From positions 525,634 through 589,633 of the forward strand of contig CAVXEE010000003.1 of NCBI GenBank assembly GCA_963760755.1: a stretch of 64,000 nucleotides of DNA. Direction: 5' to 3'. Numbering within the stretch: position 1 is the stretch's first letter; each line of letters starts with the position of its first letter. Made by a program: the position numbers and the translations under genes. The notes below the pieces were generated by a model that saw only the letters and a list, made by a program, of their open reading frames with translations, did not search any database and was not told where the DNA came from. Of the stretch, positions 9,057-16,694 are shown in pieces. The DNA is from an uncultured Actinomycetes bacterium. Lineage in GTDB: Bacteria > Actinomycetota > Thermoleophilia > Gaiellales > JAICJC01.

Positions 9057-9761
9057 GTGCGCGCCACGGCGGCCGACGGGACGCCCGCCGTGCTCAAGCT
9101 GATCCATCCTCACCGCGAGTCCGAGCACGAGGCCGACGCGCTCGCGCTCTGGGGCGGCGCCGGCGCGGTGCGGCTGCTCGACCGCGACGACGAGTCGAAC
9201 GCGATCCTCATCGAGCGGTGCGAGCCCGGGACGCCGCTCTCGGCGGCGGGTCCGGATCGCGCGCTGGACGTCCTCGTAGGCCTGCTGCCGCGGCTGTGGC
9301 TGCCGGCGGGCGAGCCGTTCCACACGCTCGCCGCCGAGGCGGAGTGGTGGATCGGCTACCTGCCGGGTGAGTGGGAGGCCGCCCGGCGCCCGTTCGAGCG
9401 CCGCCTGCTCGACGCCGCGATCGACGCCCTGGCGGCGCTCGCACCGACCCAGGGCGAGCAGGTGCTGCTGCACCAGGATCTGCACGGCGACAACGTCCTT
9501 CGAGCGCAGCGCGAGCCGTGGCTTGCGATCGACCCCAAGCCGCTCACGGGCGAGCGCGAGTTCGCGGTCGCGCCGATCGTGCGCTCGACCGAGCTCGGCC
9601 ACAGCCGCCGCGCCGTCGTGCGTCGCCTCGACAGGCTCACGGCGGAGCTGGGCCTCGACCGCGACCGCGCCCGCGGCTGGACGATCGGGCAGACGATCGC
9701 GTGGGCGATCGGCGGCCCGCCGGAGCACCTGGAGGTCGTGCGCTGGCTGCTCGCCCCGTGA
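9057..9761 (+). CDS. aminoglycoside/streptomycin 6-kinase-like phosphotransferase (APH family); N-terminus probably disrupted by a frameshift
   Basis: DGTPAVLKL, LIERCEPGTPL, LLHQDLHGDNVL (Brenner motif) and WLAIDPKPLTGEREF. No ATG/GTG lies in frame between the upstream stop (8850) and 9057. The expected N-terminal ~20 aa (VGDPVAALAAAAAERARRLG, GTG 8953) sits in another frame, see findings. Confidence 0.7.
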   Translation: MRATAADGTPAVLKLIHPHRESEHEADALALWGGAGAVRLLDRDDESNAILIERCEPGTPLSAAGPDRALDVLVGLLPRLWLPAGEPFHTLAAEAEWWIGYLPGEWEAARRPFERRLLDAAIDALAALAPTQGEQVLLHQDLHGDNVLRAQREPWLAIDPKPLTGEREFAVAPIVRSTELGHSRRAVVRRLDRLTAELGLDRDRARGWTIGQTIAWAIGGPPEHLEVVRWLLAP

Positions 9762-10265
9762 CGATCCGCGCGCCGCAGGCCGGCCGAGCTCGCGCTGCTC
9801 GTCGAGATCGAGCGCGCGGCCGGCCGCGCGTTCGCAGACCACGGCATGCCCGACATCGCCGCCGCCGACCCCGGCAGCGTCGCCGAGCTCGAGCCGTACC
9901 TGGCGGCGGGCGCGGCGTGGGTGGCGGTGGACGACGCGGACGCCCCGATCGCCTACATCCTCACGGCCGCAGTCGACGAGGGCATCCACATCGACCAGGT
10001 GAGCGTCGCCCCCACCCACGCCCGCAGGGGGATCGGCGCGGCGCTGATCGACCACGTCGCCGGCCTCGCCCGGGCGTCTCGCCGCACCGCGCTCACGCTG
10101 ACCACCTTCCGGGACATCCCCTGGAACGCGCCCTACTACGCGCGCCTGGGATTCCGCGAGCTGGCGGAGCAGGAGTGGGGGCCCGATCTGCGTGCGCGCG
10201 TCGCCCACGAGCACGCGGTGATCCCCGGCGACGCCCCGCGGGTCGCGATGAGCCGCCACCTCTAG
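9758..10265 (+). CDS. GNAT family N-acetyltransferase with an apparent 1-nt frameshift near 9778-9783
   Basis: Track ORF 9846..10265 contains the acetyl-CoA motif QVSVAPTHARRGIGAALI. Family-like N-terminal sequence AELALLVEIERAAGRAFADHG continues upstream in frame without a start codon. GTG 9758 (GTGA overlap with the APH stop) opens VTIRAPQA in the +2 frame. Confidence 0.65.
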
Positions 10266-10270
10266 GTGCG

Positions 10271-10882
10271 TCAACCGACCACGCGGCGCACGAAGGCCGC
10301 GGCCGGCTCCGCCAGCGCGGCGGCGTTCACGACGGCGTCGCGCGGGCCGCCGGGCACGCGGAACGAGTGGTCGCCGCCCACCACCTCGACGTACTCGGCC
10401 CGCGGCCCAAGCCGGGCGATCACCGCCGCGAGCAGATCGGGCCGCGCGAACGTGTCGCGCGTGCCCTGCAGGAAGAGCATCGGCACCGGCACGGCGTCCA
10501 GGTGCGTGTCGCGGATCTTGTCCGGCCGCCCCGGCGGGTGCAGGGGATAGCCGAGGAACACGAGCCCCGCAGCCGGCATGCCCTCGGCCACGGCCATCGA
10601 CGCGATCCGGCCCCCCATCGACTTGCCGCCCGCGAACACCGGCCTCCCGCCGGCGCGGCCGACCGCATCGGCGAACGCGTCGTTCCAGGCGGAGAGGAGC
10701 ACCGGCGCGCGATCGGGCGCCTTCCGCCCCGCCCGCATGTACGGGAAGTCGAAGCGCAGCGTGGCCACCCCGAGCTCGCCGATCGCCTCGGCGAAGCCGG
10801 CCATGAAGGGCGAGCGCATGCCGGAGCCGGCGCCGTGGCCGAGCACGAGCACCGCGTCGGCTCCGGGCGGGTCGATCCACAC
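10271..10882 (-). CDS. alpha/beta hydrolase (dienelactone hydrolase / KANL3-Tex30-like)
   Basis: 203 aa. LVLGHGAGSG, nucleophile elbow GKSMGG, FLQGTRD and GGDHSF. Confidence 0.7.
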   Translation of the reverse strand: MWIDPPGADAVLVLGHGAGSGMRSPFMAGFAEAIGELGVATLRFDFPYMRAGRKAPDRAPVLLSAWNDAFADAVGRAGGRPVFAGGKSMGGRIASMAVAEGMPAAGLVFLGYPLHPPGRPDKIRDTHLDAVPVPMLFLQGTRDTFARPDLLAAVIARLGPRAEYVEVVGGDHSFRVPGGPRDAVVNAAALAEPAAAFVRRVVG

Positions 10883-10895
10883 GCGGCGGAATCTA

Positions 10896-11732
10896 CTAGG
10901 CGTGCGCGAGCTTGCCCGACTCGGCCCGGTAGCGGTCGCTCCACTGCCGCGACAGGTCGTCGGACTGCGGCCGCTTGTGCGGCGCCGCGATGGCGGCCGT
11001 CTCGGCCTCGGGGATCTCCAGGTGGCGCAGGATGTCGCGCACGGTCTCCTCGTAGCGCCCGGCGAAGTCCTCGTACACGATCGTGAGCGGCTCGACGCCG
11101 CACTCGCGGAAGTAGGCCCGCCACTCGTACTCGTGGGCCTCGATGTCGCGGATCAGGTGGGCGATGGCGGCATGGCTGTACACGAGGTGCTCGGTGCCGA
11201 CCGCGGGCACCTGGTCGCTCGACCAGCTCCAGGTCTGCAGCGCGCGCCACAGCGAGACGGCCTGGCGCACCTTGTCGCGCCGGGTCACCGAGAGGTAGCG
11301 CAGGTCCGGGAACACGGAGGGCGCGAGCTCGCACACCGACAGCCGCTGCCTGCCGGGCACCGCCCATCGCAGCCCGGTCACGAAGCCGTTGAAGTAGCCC
11401 CACATCACCTTGGCGCCGAAGACGCCGTTGGGCGTCGTGCCCGCGTCGAGCGCCCACGCCAGGTAGCCCTCGTAGCGCTCGAACCGGCTCGGGTCATAGC
11501 TGGCCTCGTCGTCCTCGACCCGCGTCCGCGGCCCCAGGATGTCGAAGATCTCGGCGTCGCCGGCCCCCTCGAAGTACTCCTGCGGCCGGCGCGGGAAGCC
11601 CGTGCGGGCGCGGAACTGGAAGTACTCCTCGGGCCGGCCCGCCACGCCGGTGGCGGTGAGCGCGTCGCAGAGCAGGCTCGAGCCCGTCCGGGGCGTCGAG
11701 CAGATCAGGTAGGACTGGTGCGGAACGGGCAT
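10896..11732 (-). CDS. Stf0-type sulfotransferase (trehalose 2-sulfotransferase family)
   Basis: 278 aa. SYLICSTPRTGSSLLCDAL (PAPS 5'-phosphosulfate loop), GVFGAKVMW, YLSVTRRDKVRQAVS and IVYEDF match the Stf0 family as I recall it. Confidence 0.75.
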   Translation of the reverse strand: MPVPHQSYLICSTPRTGSSLLCDALTATGVAGRPEEYFQFRARTGFPRRPQEYFEGAGDAEIFDILGPRTRVEDDEASYDPSRFERYEGYLAWALDAGTTPNGVFGAKVMWGYFNGFVTGLRWAVPGRQRLSVCELAPSVFPDLRYLSVTRRDKVRQAVSLWRALQTWSWSSDQVPAVGTEHLVYSHAAIAHLIRDIEAHEYEWRAYFRECGVEPLTIVYEDFAGRYEETVRDILRHLEIPEAETAAIAAPHKRPQSDDLSRQWSDRYRAESGKLAHA

Positions 11733-11741
11733 CGCACCGTC

Positions 11742-11779
11742 ACCATACCCACAAGTTTTCCACTATGTCAATAGACATA
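11742..11779 (-). promoter_or_regulatory. sigma70-like promoter of the Stf0 gene (TTGACA-18-TATGGT) with overlapping palindrome TATGTC-AATA-GACATA
   Basis: The -35 is at 11771..11766 and the -10 at 11747..11742. ATG 11732 is 9 nt after the -10, so the mRNA has little or no leader. The palindrome is at 11764..11779. Confidence 0.5.
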
Positions 11780-11787
11780 AAGGAATA

Positions 11788-13098
11788 TTAGCCCGAAGCA
11801 GCGGACGAGACGGTCACCGGATCGCCGGCGGAGCGCTGTCCGGGATCGTTCCACTCGGCCCCCGGCGGCGGGGCGACCGGCCCGTCGAGCAGCGGGTCGC
11901 CGGTGTCGCGCATCCACCGCTCCAGGCGCTCCCCGAGGTCTGTGGCGACGGCAGCGTGCTCGGGCCGATCGACCACGTTGCAGGCCTCGTTGGGGTCGAA
12001 GACCAGGTCGTAGAGCTGCAGCGGCGCGATCTCGCGCTCGGCGTAGCCGTGCCGCAGCCAGAGCTCCTTGCTGGGGCTGTCGTCGATGTTCGGCAGCACC
12101 GGCAGGCGGCGGTCGCCGAACCGGCGCACGAGCTTCCAGCGCTGGGTGCGGATCGCCCGCTGCGGCTCGTAGGCCGCGTGGTAGGTGCCCTCGGCGTAGA
12201 CGGCGTCGCGCACCTCGGCCGCCGAGCCGGTGACGAGGGGCAGGAGCGAATGGCCCTGCAGCCAGCCGGGGCGGCCGATCTCGAGCACGTCGCAGATCGT
12301 CGGGAAGAGGTCGATGTGCGACACGAGCGCGTCCGAGGCCTTCCCGCCCGCAAAGCCGCCCGGCCCGCGCAGGATCAGCATGACGCCGATGCCGCGGTCG
12401 CTCATCGTGGCCTTGGCGCCCGGGAAGGCGATGCCGTGGTCGGTCGTGCAGATGACGAGCGTGTTGCGGGCAAGGCCGGTGTCGTCAAGGGCGTCGAGCA
12501 CGGCCCCCACGCCGCGGTCGAGCGAGCGCGCACTGGCGGTGAACGCGGCCATGTCGGACCGCGTCTCGGCGGTGTCGGGCACGTTCGCGGGCGGGCGCAC
12601 GTAGTGCTCGTCGCCTGCCACGGCCGGGAAGAACTCGCGGTGCGTCTCGAAGAACCCGACCGACAGGAAGAACGGCTCCGCCGGGGCGTTGCGGAGGATG
12701 TCGATCGTGACCGGCGCGACGTCGTCGACGCGCGTCGTCGGGATCTTCACCACCCGGTCGTAGCCGATCACGTCCGGGCGCTTGGAGATGTGCTGCTCCC
12801 CGATCAGGGTCGAGTGATACCCGACGTCGCGCAGGGTGTGGACGATGTGGTGCGTGTAGTCGTGCAACGACCAGCCCCGGTGCGCGAGGCCCAGCATGCC
12901 GTTCGTGTGCGCGTACTGGCCGGTGAGCAGGCAGGCGCGGGCCGCCGAGCAGGTCGACGCGGCGCAGAACGCCTGCCGGAACAGGATCCCCTGCTCGGCC
13001 AGGCCCTGGATGCGCGGAGTGGGGATGCCGAAGCCGTACGGCTGCACGTAGCGGCCGGTGTCGTGCGAGTGCACGTACAGGATGTTGGGACGACTCAC
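11788..13098 (-). CDS. sulfatase (alkaline-phosphatase superfamily)
   Basis: 436 aa. PNILYVHSHDTG and the formylglycine-type motif TCSAARACLLTGQY (C-x-A-x-R instead of C-x-P-x-R). Also TTDHG and DLFPT. Confidence 0.85.
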   Translation of the reverse strand: MSRPNILYVHSHDTGRYVQPYGFGIPTPRIQGLAEQGILFRQAFCAASTCSAARACLLTGQYAHTNGMLGLAHRGWSLHDYTHHIVHTLRDVGYHSTLIGEQHISKRPDVIGYDRVVKIPTTRVDDVAPVTIDILRNAPAEPFFLSVGFFETHREFFPAVAGDEHYVRPPANVPDTAETRSDMAAFTASARSLDRGVGAVLDALDDTGLARNTLVICTTDHGIAFPGAKATMSDRGIGVMLILRGPGGFAGGKASDALVSHIDLFPTICDVLEIGRPGWLQGHSLLPLVTGSAAEVRDAVYAEGTYHAAYEPQRAIRTQRWKLVRRFGDRRLPVLPNIDDSPSKELWLRHGYAEREIAPLQLYDLVFDPNEACNVVDRPEHAAVATDLGERLERWMRDTGDPLLDGPVAPPPGAEWNDPGQRSAGDPVTVSSAASG

Positions 13099-13122
13099 CG
13101 GGCGGGAACCGTACCGGCCGGC

Positions 13123-13320
13123 TCAGGCCGCGGGCGCCGCCACGACGACGGCGGCGGGCGCGAGCCCGGTCGCGACCGCGCCGCACATCGGGCAGTGGTC
13201 GAGCGGCCGGAACACGATCACGCGGTAGCCGCAGGCGTCGCAGGCGTCCTCCGCCGGCCCCGGCTCCACGTGTGGGAGGGCGTACAGCTCAGGGGCCAAC
13301 GGAGACGCCGGCGATCGCAA
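13123..13320 (-). CDS. small zinc-ribbon / rubredoxin-like protein
   Basis: 65 aa containing CDACG-x15-CPMCG. Its stop lies 25 nt upstream of the sulfatase start. The true start is uncertain because the ORF overlaps the micro-ORF 13289..13384. Confidence 0.45.
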   Translation of the reverse strand: MRSPASPLAPELYALPHVEPGPAEDACDACGYRVIVFRPLDHCPMCGAVATGLAPAAVVVAAPAA

Positions 13321-13384
13321 GCAGGACGACGACCGCCACCGAGACGTTCAGGGCGATCGCGAGGGCCCGTCCTGCATTGTTCAT
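13289..13384 (-). CDS. candidate 31-aa hydrophobic micropeptide (MNNAGRALAIALNVSVAVVVLLAIAGVSVGP)
   Basis: Not in the track. ATG at 13384 lies about 20 nt downstream of a TTGACA-17-CATATT promoter. The peptide has a single predicted TM helix and is the first ORF of the sulfatase transcription unit. Confidence 0.35.
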   Translation of the reverse strand: MNNAGRALAIALNVSVAVVVLLAIAGVSVGP

Positions 13385-13404
13385 AAAATCCATGGACATA
13401 GTGC

Positions 13405-13435
13405 ATAATATGCCGCGCCGACACCGGCCTGTCAA
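13405..13435 (-). promoter_or_regulatory. sigma70-like promoter (TTGACA-17-CATATT) for the micropeptide / zinc-ribbon / sulfatase unit
   Basis: The -35 is at 13435..13430 and the -10 at 13412..13407 (or TATTAT at 13410..13405). It sits in an AT-rich island in otherwise GC-rich DNA. Confidence 0.5.
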
Positions 13436-13473
13436 GCCTCACCTGGGCGAACCTCGACCCGGGCGAGGCGGAG

Positions 13474-13508
13474 CGGGGACTGTCCCCGGTTGATGGGGAC
13501 AGTCCCCG
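13474..13508. repeat. paired-palindrome element A: cGGGGACTGTCCCC-ggttgat-GGGGACAGTCCCCg
   Basis: 14-bp inverted arms with a 7-nt loop, 10 nt downstream of the CDO stop codon (13518). Member of a 4-locus family. Confidence 0.8.
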
Positions 13509-13517
13509 TGTTGCCGG

Positions 13518-14075
13518 CTAGCAGAACTCCTCGCGGTAGTCACCCGTGCGGCGGCCGAGCAGGCCGTCGGACGCGACCTCGTAGAAGCCCATCTCGCCCA
13601 GGGGAGGCGAGTAGACGTGCAGCGAGGTGGCGAGGCCGGGGCCGGTCTGGGAGACATCGTGGATGTGGGTCGCCCCGAACGAGAAGCTCGCTCCCGTGGG
13701 GTGGATCGCGGTCGGCGGAGGCGGGCCGCCCACGGCCAGCCGCCGCTCCAGCAGCGCGCCGCCGACCACGGACACGGCCCCGCGGCTGCGGTCGTGATCG
13801 TGGAATCCGGTGTCCTGCCGCTGCGACCAGCAGATCAGCCACACCTCCAGGTGCTCGTCCAGGTGCAGCCGCACGTACAGACGCTCGACCGGTGAATGGC
13901 GGACGTGCTGCCGCCACAGATCCGGCCGCGCGGCGAGCTCGCGGACGAGCTGCTCCAGCTCCTCCCGGGTCGACTCGCGGCCGCGGTCGTGCGCGTCCAT
14001 CCACACGTCCAGCGCGGCGTCCGCCGCGAACATCTCGCTGGCCCCCTGGGCCTGGTCTCGGGCAAACGTCGCCAT
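13518..14075 (-). CDS. cysteine dioxygenase type I-like cupin
   Basis: The last 185 codons of track ORF 13518..14978 are coding and the rest is out-of-frame overlap. ATG 14075 opens MATFARD. Cupin metal motif GFHDHDRSRGAVSVVGG ... ATHIHDV. Confidence 0.75.
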   Translation of the reverse strand: MATFARDQAQGASEMFAADAALDVWMDAHDRGRESTREELEQLVRELAARPDLWRQHVRHSPVERLYVRLHLDEHLEVWLICWSQRQDTGFHDHDRSRGAVSVVGGALLERRLAVGGPPPPTAIHPTGASFSFGATHIHDVSQTGPGLATSLHVYSPPLGEMGFYEVASDGLLGRRTGDYREEFC

Positions 14076-15145
14076 CACGCCACCTCCTTCACGGTCACCG
14101 TCACGCGGTGGACGGCGCTGACCGCGTAGCCACGCCGGTTCCAGGTCGGCTGCTCGGGCTGCACGGCGCCGCTCGCGTCGCGGGCGCGCACGGCGATCGT
14201 GTGCGTGCCCGGGGTCGCCTCCCACTCGTGCTCCCAGAACGTGCGGCCGTGGCGGCCGGTGCGGGCGACGATCGCCGCGCTCGTCCAGGGCCCGCCGTCG
14301 ACGCGTACGTCGACGCGGGTGACGGCGCCCCCGCCGCTCCACGCGATCCCGCGGACGCGGGCCGCCCCGGGGAGCAGAGCGGCCGCGTCGGCGGGGTCGG
14401 TCACGAGCGAGTGCACCGGCATCCGCTCCATCCGCGATCCCGGCCCGGGGTCGTCGAGGGTTGCGAACCGGTAGTCGATCGCCTGGAACGGGCCGTCGAA
14501 CTCGCCGGCCGACACGTGGACACGCTCGAGCCACTTGACCGAGTCGGTGGCGTACCAGCCGGGCACGATCGCGCGCACCGGGCCGCCGTGCTCGGGCGGG
14601 ATCGGGCGGCCGTTCATCTCGAATGCGAGCAGCGTGTCGGGGTCGAGCGCCTTGCGCAGCGGGAGCGCACGGCCGTAGCGGTGCCTGGTCGCGCTGCCCT
14701 CGAACGGGCCCCGGTCGGCGCCGAGCAGGACGACCTCGGCGGCGCGCCCGTCGACGCCCGCGCGCTGCAGGAGATCGCGCAGCGGGACTCCCGTCCAGGT
14801 GGCCTCGGACACGGCGCCCGGCCCCCACTGCAGTCCGGGCGTGGCGGGTACGAGCTCGGCGCGGCGATGGCCGGCGCACTCGAGCACGACGGCGGCCGTC
14901 CGCTGGGGCATGGTCACGAGCTCGGCCAGCGTGATGATCGCCGGAGTGCGCACGGCGCCGGCCAGGCGCAGGCGCCACTCGGCCGGATCGAGATCCGGGA
15001 CGGGGAAGTGCTCGCGGCGGAAGTGGGCCTGCGTGGGCATGTGCCGCTCGCCGAGCGCCGTGAGCGTCGCGGGGAGGTTGTGGACGCCGGGCGCGGGCGA
15101 TTGCCGAAGCGGCGCGGTGGCCGTAGGCTCGAGGTGGGGTTCCAC
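14075..15145 (-). CDS. sulfite oxidase-like molybdopterin oxidoreductase (catalytic + dimerisation domains)
   Basis: 356 aa. FRREHFPVP, VLECAGHRR (Mo-ligand Cys region), LAFEMNGRPIPPEHGGPVRAIVPGWY and SVKWL. The stop overlaps the CDO start by 1 nt (TGATG). GTG start at 15145; ATG 15040 is the alternative. Confidence 0.8.
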   Translation of the reverse strand: MEPHLEPTATAPLRQSPAPGVHNLPATLTALGERHMPTQAHFRREHFPVPDLDPAEWRLRLAGAVRTPAIITLAELVTMPQRTAAVVLECAGHRRAELVPATPGLQWGPGAVSEATWTGVPLRDLLQRAGVDGRAAEVVLLGADRGPFEGSATRHRYGRALPLRKALDPDTLLAFEMNGRPIPPEHGGPVRAIVPGWYATDSVKWLERVHVSAGEFDGPFQAIDYRFATLDDPGPGSRMERMPVHSLVTDPADAAALLPGAARVRGIAWSGGGAVTRVDVRVDGGPWTSAAIVARTGRHGRTFWEHEWEATPGTHTIAVRARDASGAVQPEQPTWNRRGYAVSAVHRVTVTVKEVA

Positions 15146-15181
15146 GGCTAGTTTCCTATAAAGTCGATTGCCATACTTGAG

Positions 15182-15210
15182 AATATAGGTGTGGTCCGGG
15201 AAGCCGTCAA
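15182..15210 (-). promoter_or_regulatory. sigma70-like promoter (TTGACG-17-TATATT) upstream of the sulfite oxidase-CDO operon
   Basis: The -35 is at 15210..15205 and the -10 at 15187..15182, about 37 nt upstream of GTG 15145. Confidence 0.45.
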
Positions 15211-15234
15211 CCTCGAACCGTCAAGAACGGGTGC

Positions 15235-15966
15235 CTAGGCGGTCTGGCGGGCGTGGCCGCCCAGGTAGAGCTGGGCCATGCGCGGGTCGGCCAGGAGCTC
15301 CGCCCCGGTCGCCGCGATGGCCACCGTCCCTGCGTCCATGACCGCCCCGCGGTGGGCGATGCCGAGGCCTGCGCGGGCGTTCTGCTCGACGAGCAGGATG
15401 GTGTGGCCCTCGTCGCGGTTGAGCGCCGTGATCGTCTCGAACACGAGGTGGCGCGCCTTGGGATCGAGCCCCATCGACGGCTCGTCCATCAGGATCAGCC
15501 GCGGCTCGAGCATCAGTGCGCGGGCGATCTCGACGATCTTCTGCTGGCCGCCCGAGAGCGATCCGGCCCGGTCGCCGCGGCGATTGGCCACGAGCGGGAA
15601 GCGCTCGGCCACCGCCTCGGCCCGCCGCCGCACCTCGGCCGAGTCGCGCAGGATGTGCGCGCCCATGAGGATGTTCTCCCACACCGTCATCCCGGCGAAG
15701 AGGCCGCGCTCCTGCGGCACGTGCACGACGCCGCGGCGCAGCACCGCGCCGGGCGAGAGCCCCGCGATGTCCGTGCCGTCGAGCAGGATCTGACCCTGAC
15801 GCGGTCGCAGCAGGCCGGAGATGGTGCGAAGCACGGTCGACTTGCCGGCGCCGTTCGGCCCCACCAGGCATGTGATCGTGCCGGGCGCGAGCGCGAGCTC
15901 GACCCCGCGCAGCACGTCGGCCGCGCCGTAGCCCGCCCGCACCTCGCGCAGCTCGAGGACGCTCAC
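15235..15966 (-). CDS. livF: branched-chain amino acid-type ABC transporter ATP-binding protein
   Basis: GPNGAGKST, LSGGQQKIVEIARAL and LILMDEPSMGL. GTG start at 15966 overlaps the livG stop (GTGA). The track ORF extension to 16068 is read-through. Confidence 0.85.
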   Translation of the reverse strand: MSVLELREVRAGYGAADVLRGVELALAPGTITCLVGPNGAGKSTVLRTISGLLRPRQGQILLDGTDIAGLSPGAVLRRGVVHVPQERGLFAGMTVWENILMGAHILRDSAEVRRRAEAVAERFPLVANRRGDRAGSLSGGQQKIVEIARALMLEPRLILMDEPSMGLDPKARHLVFETITALNRDEGHTILLVEQNARAGLGIAHRGAVMDAGTVAIAATGAELLADPRMAQLYLGGHARQTA

Positions 15967-16694
15967 GTGCCCAGGTACGCGTCGAGGACGGCCGGATCCT
16001 GCTGCACCGCCGCGGGTGGCCCCTCGGCGATCTTGGAGCCGTGGTCGAGCACGATCACCGGATCGCACAGCCGCATGACCGTCGGCATCGCGTGCTCGAC
16101 GATCAGGAGCGTCAGGCCGCGCTCGTGCAGCTCGCGGATGTGGCGCTCCATCGTCTCGACCATCACCGGATTCACACCCGAGGTCGGCTCGTCGAGCAGC
16201 ACCAGGCGCGGCCGGCCCATCAGCACCGACGCGAACTCGAGCAGCTTGCGCTGGCCGAACGAGAGCTGGTCGGCGCGGGCGTCCCGCAGGCCCGCGAGGC
16301 CGAACTCGTCGAGCAGCTCGACGGCGCGCTCGCCGTCCGCGCGCGGTGCGGCGGCACGCAGCAGGCTGCGGCGCGGCTGCTGGATCGCCGCGATCATGTT
16401 CTCGACCAGCGTCAGGGAGCCGAACACGCGCGCCTGCTGGAACGTGCGCGTGAGCCCCCGCCGGCAGAGCGCCGTCGGATCGGCCCGGCGCACGCGCCGC
16501 CCGGCGAACGTGACCGAGCCGGCGTCGGCCTTCATGTAGCCGGTGATCAGGTTGAAGAGCGTCGTCTTGCCCGAGCCGTTGGGGCCGATCAGCGCGGTCA
16601 CGGTGCCCTCGGCAACGGCGAGCGAGCAGCGGTCGACGGCGGCGACGCCGCCGAAGCGCTTCGTCAGGCCCTCGACCTCGAGGATCGCGGTCAC
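15963..16694 (-). CDS. livG: branched-chain amino acid-type ABC transporter ATP-binding protein
   Basis: C-terminal 243 codons of track ORF 15963..17840. GPNGSGKTT, LSFGQRKLLEFASVL and LVLLDEPTSG. GTG 16694 overlaps the livM stop (GTGA). Confidence 0.85.
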   Translation of the reverse strand: MTAILEVEGLTKRFGGVAAVDRCSLAVAEGTVTALIGPNGSGKTTLFNLITGYMKADAGSVTFAGRRVRRADPTALCRRGLTRTFQQARVFGSLTLVENMIAAIQQPRRSLLRAAAPRADGERAVELLDEFGLAGLRDARADQLSFGQRKLLEFASVLMGRPRLVLLDEPTSGVNPVMVETMERHIRELHERGLTLLIVEHAMPTVMRLCDPVIVLDHGSKIAEGPPAAVQQDPAVLDAYLGT

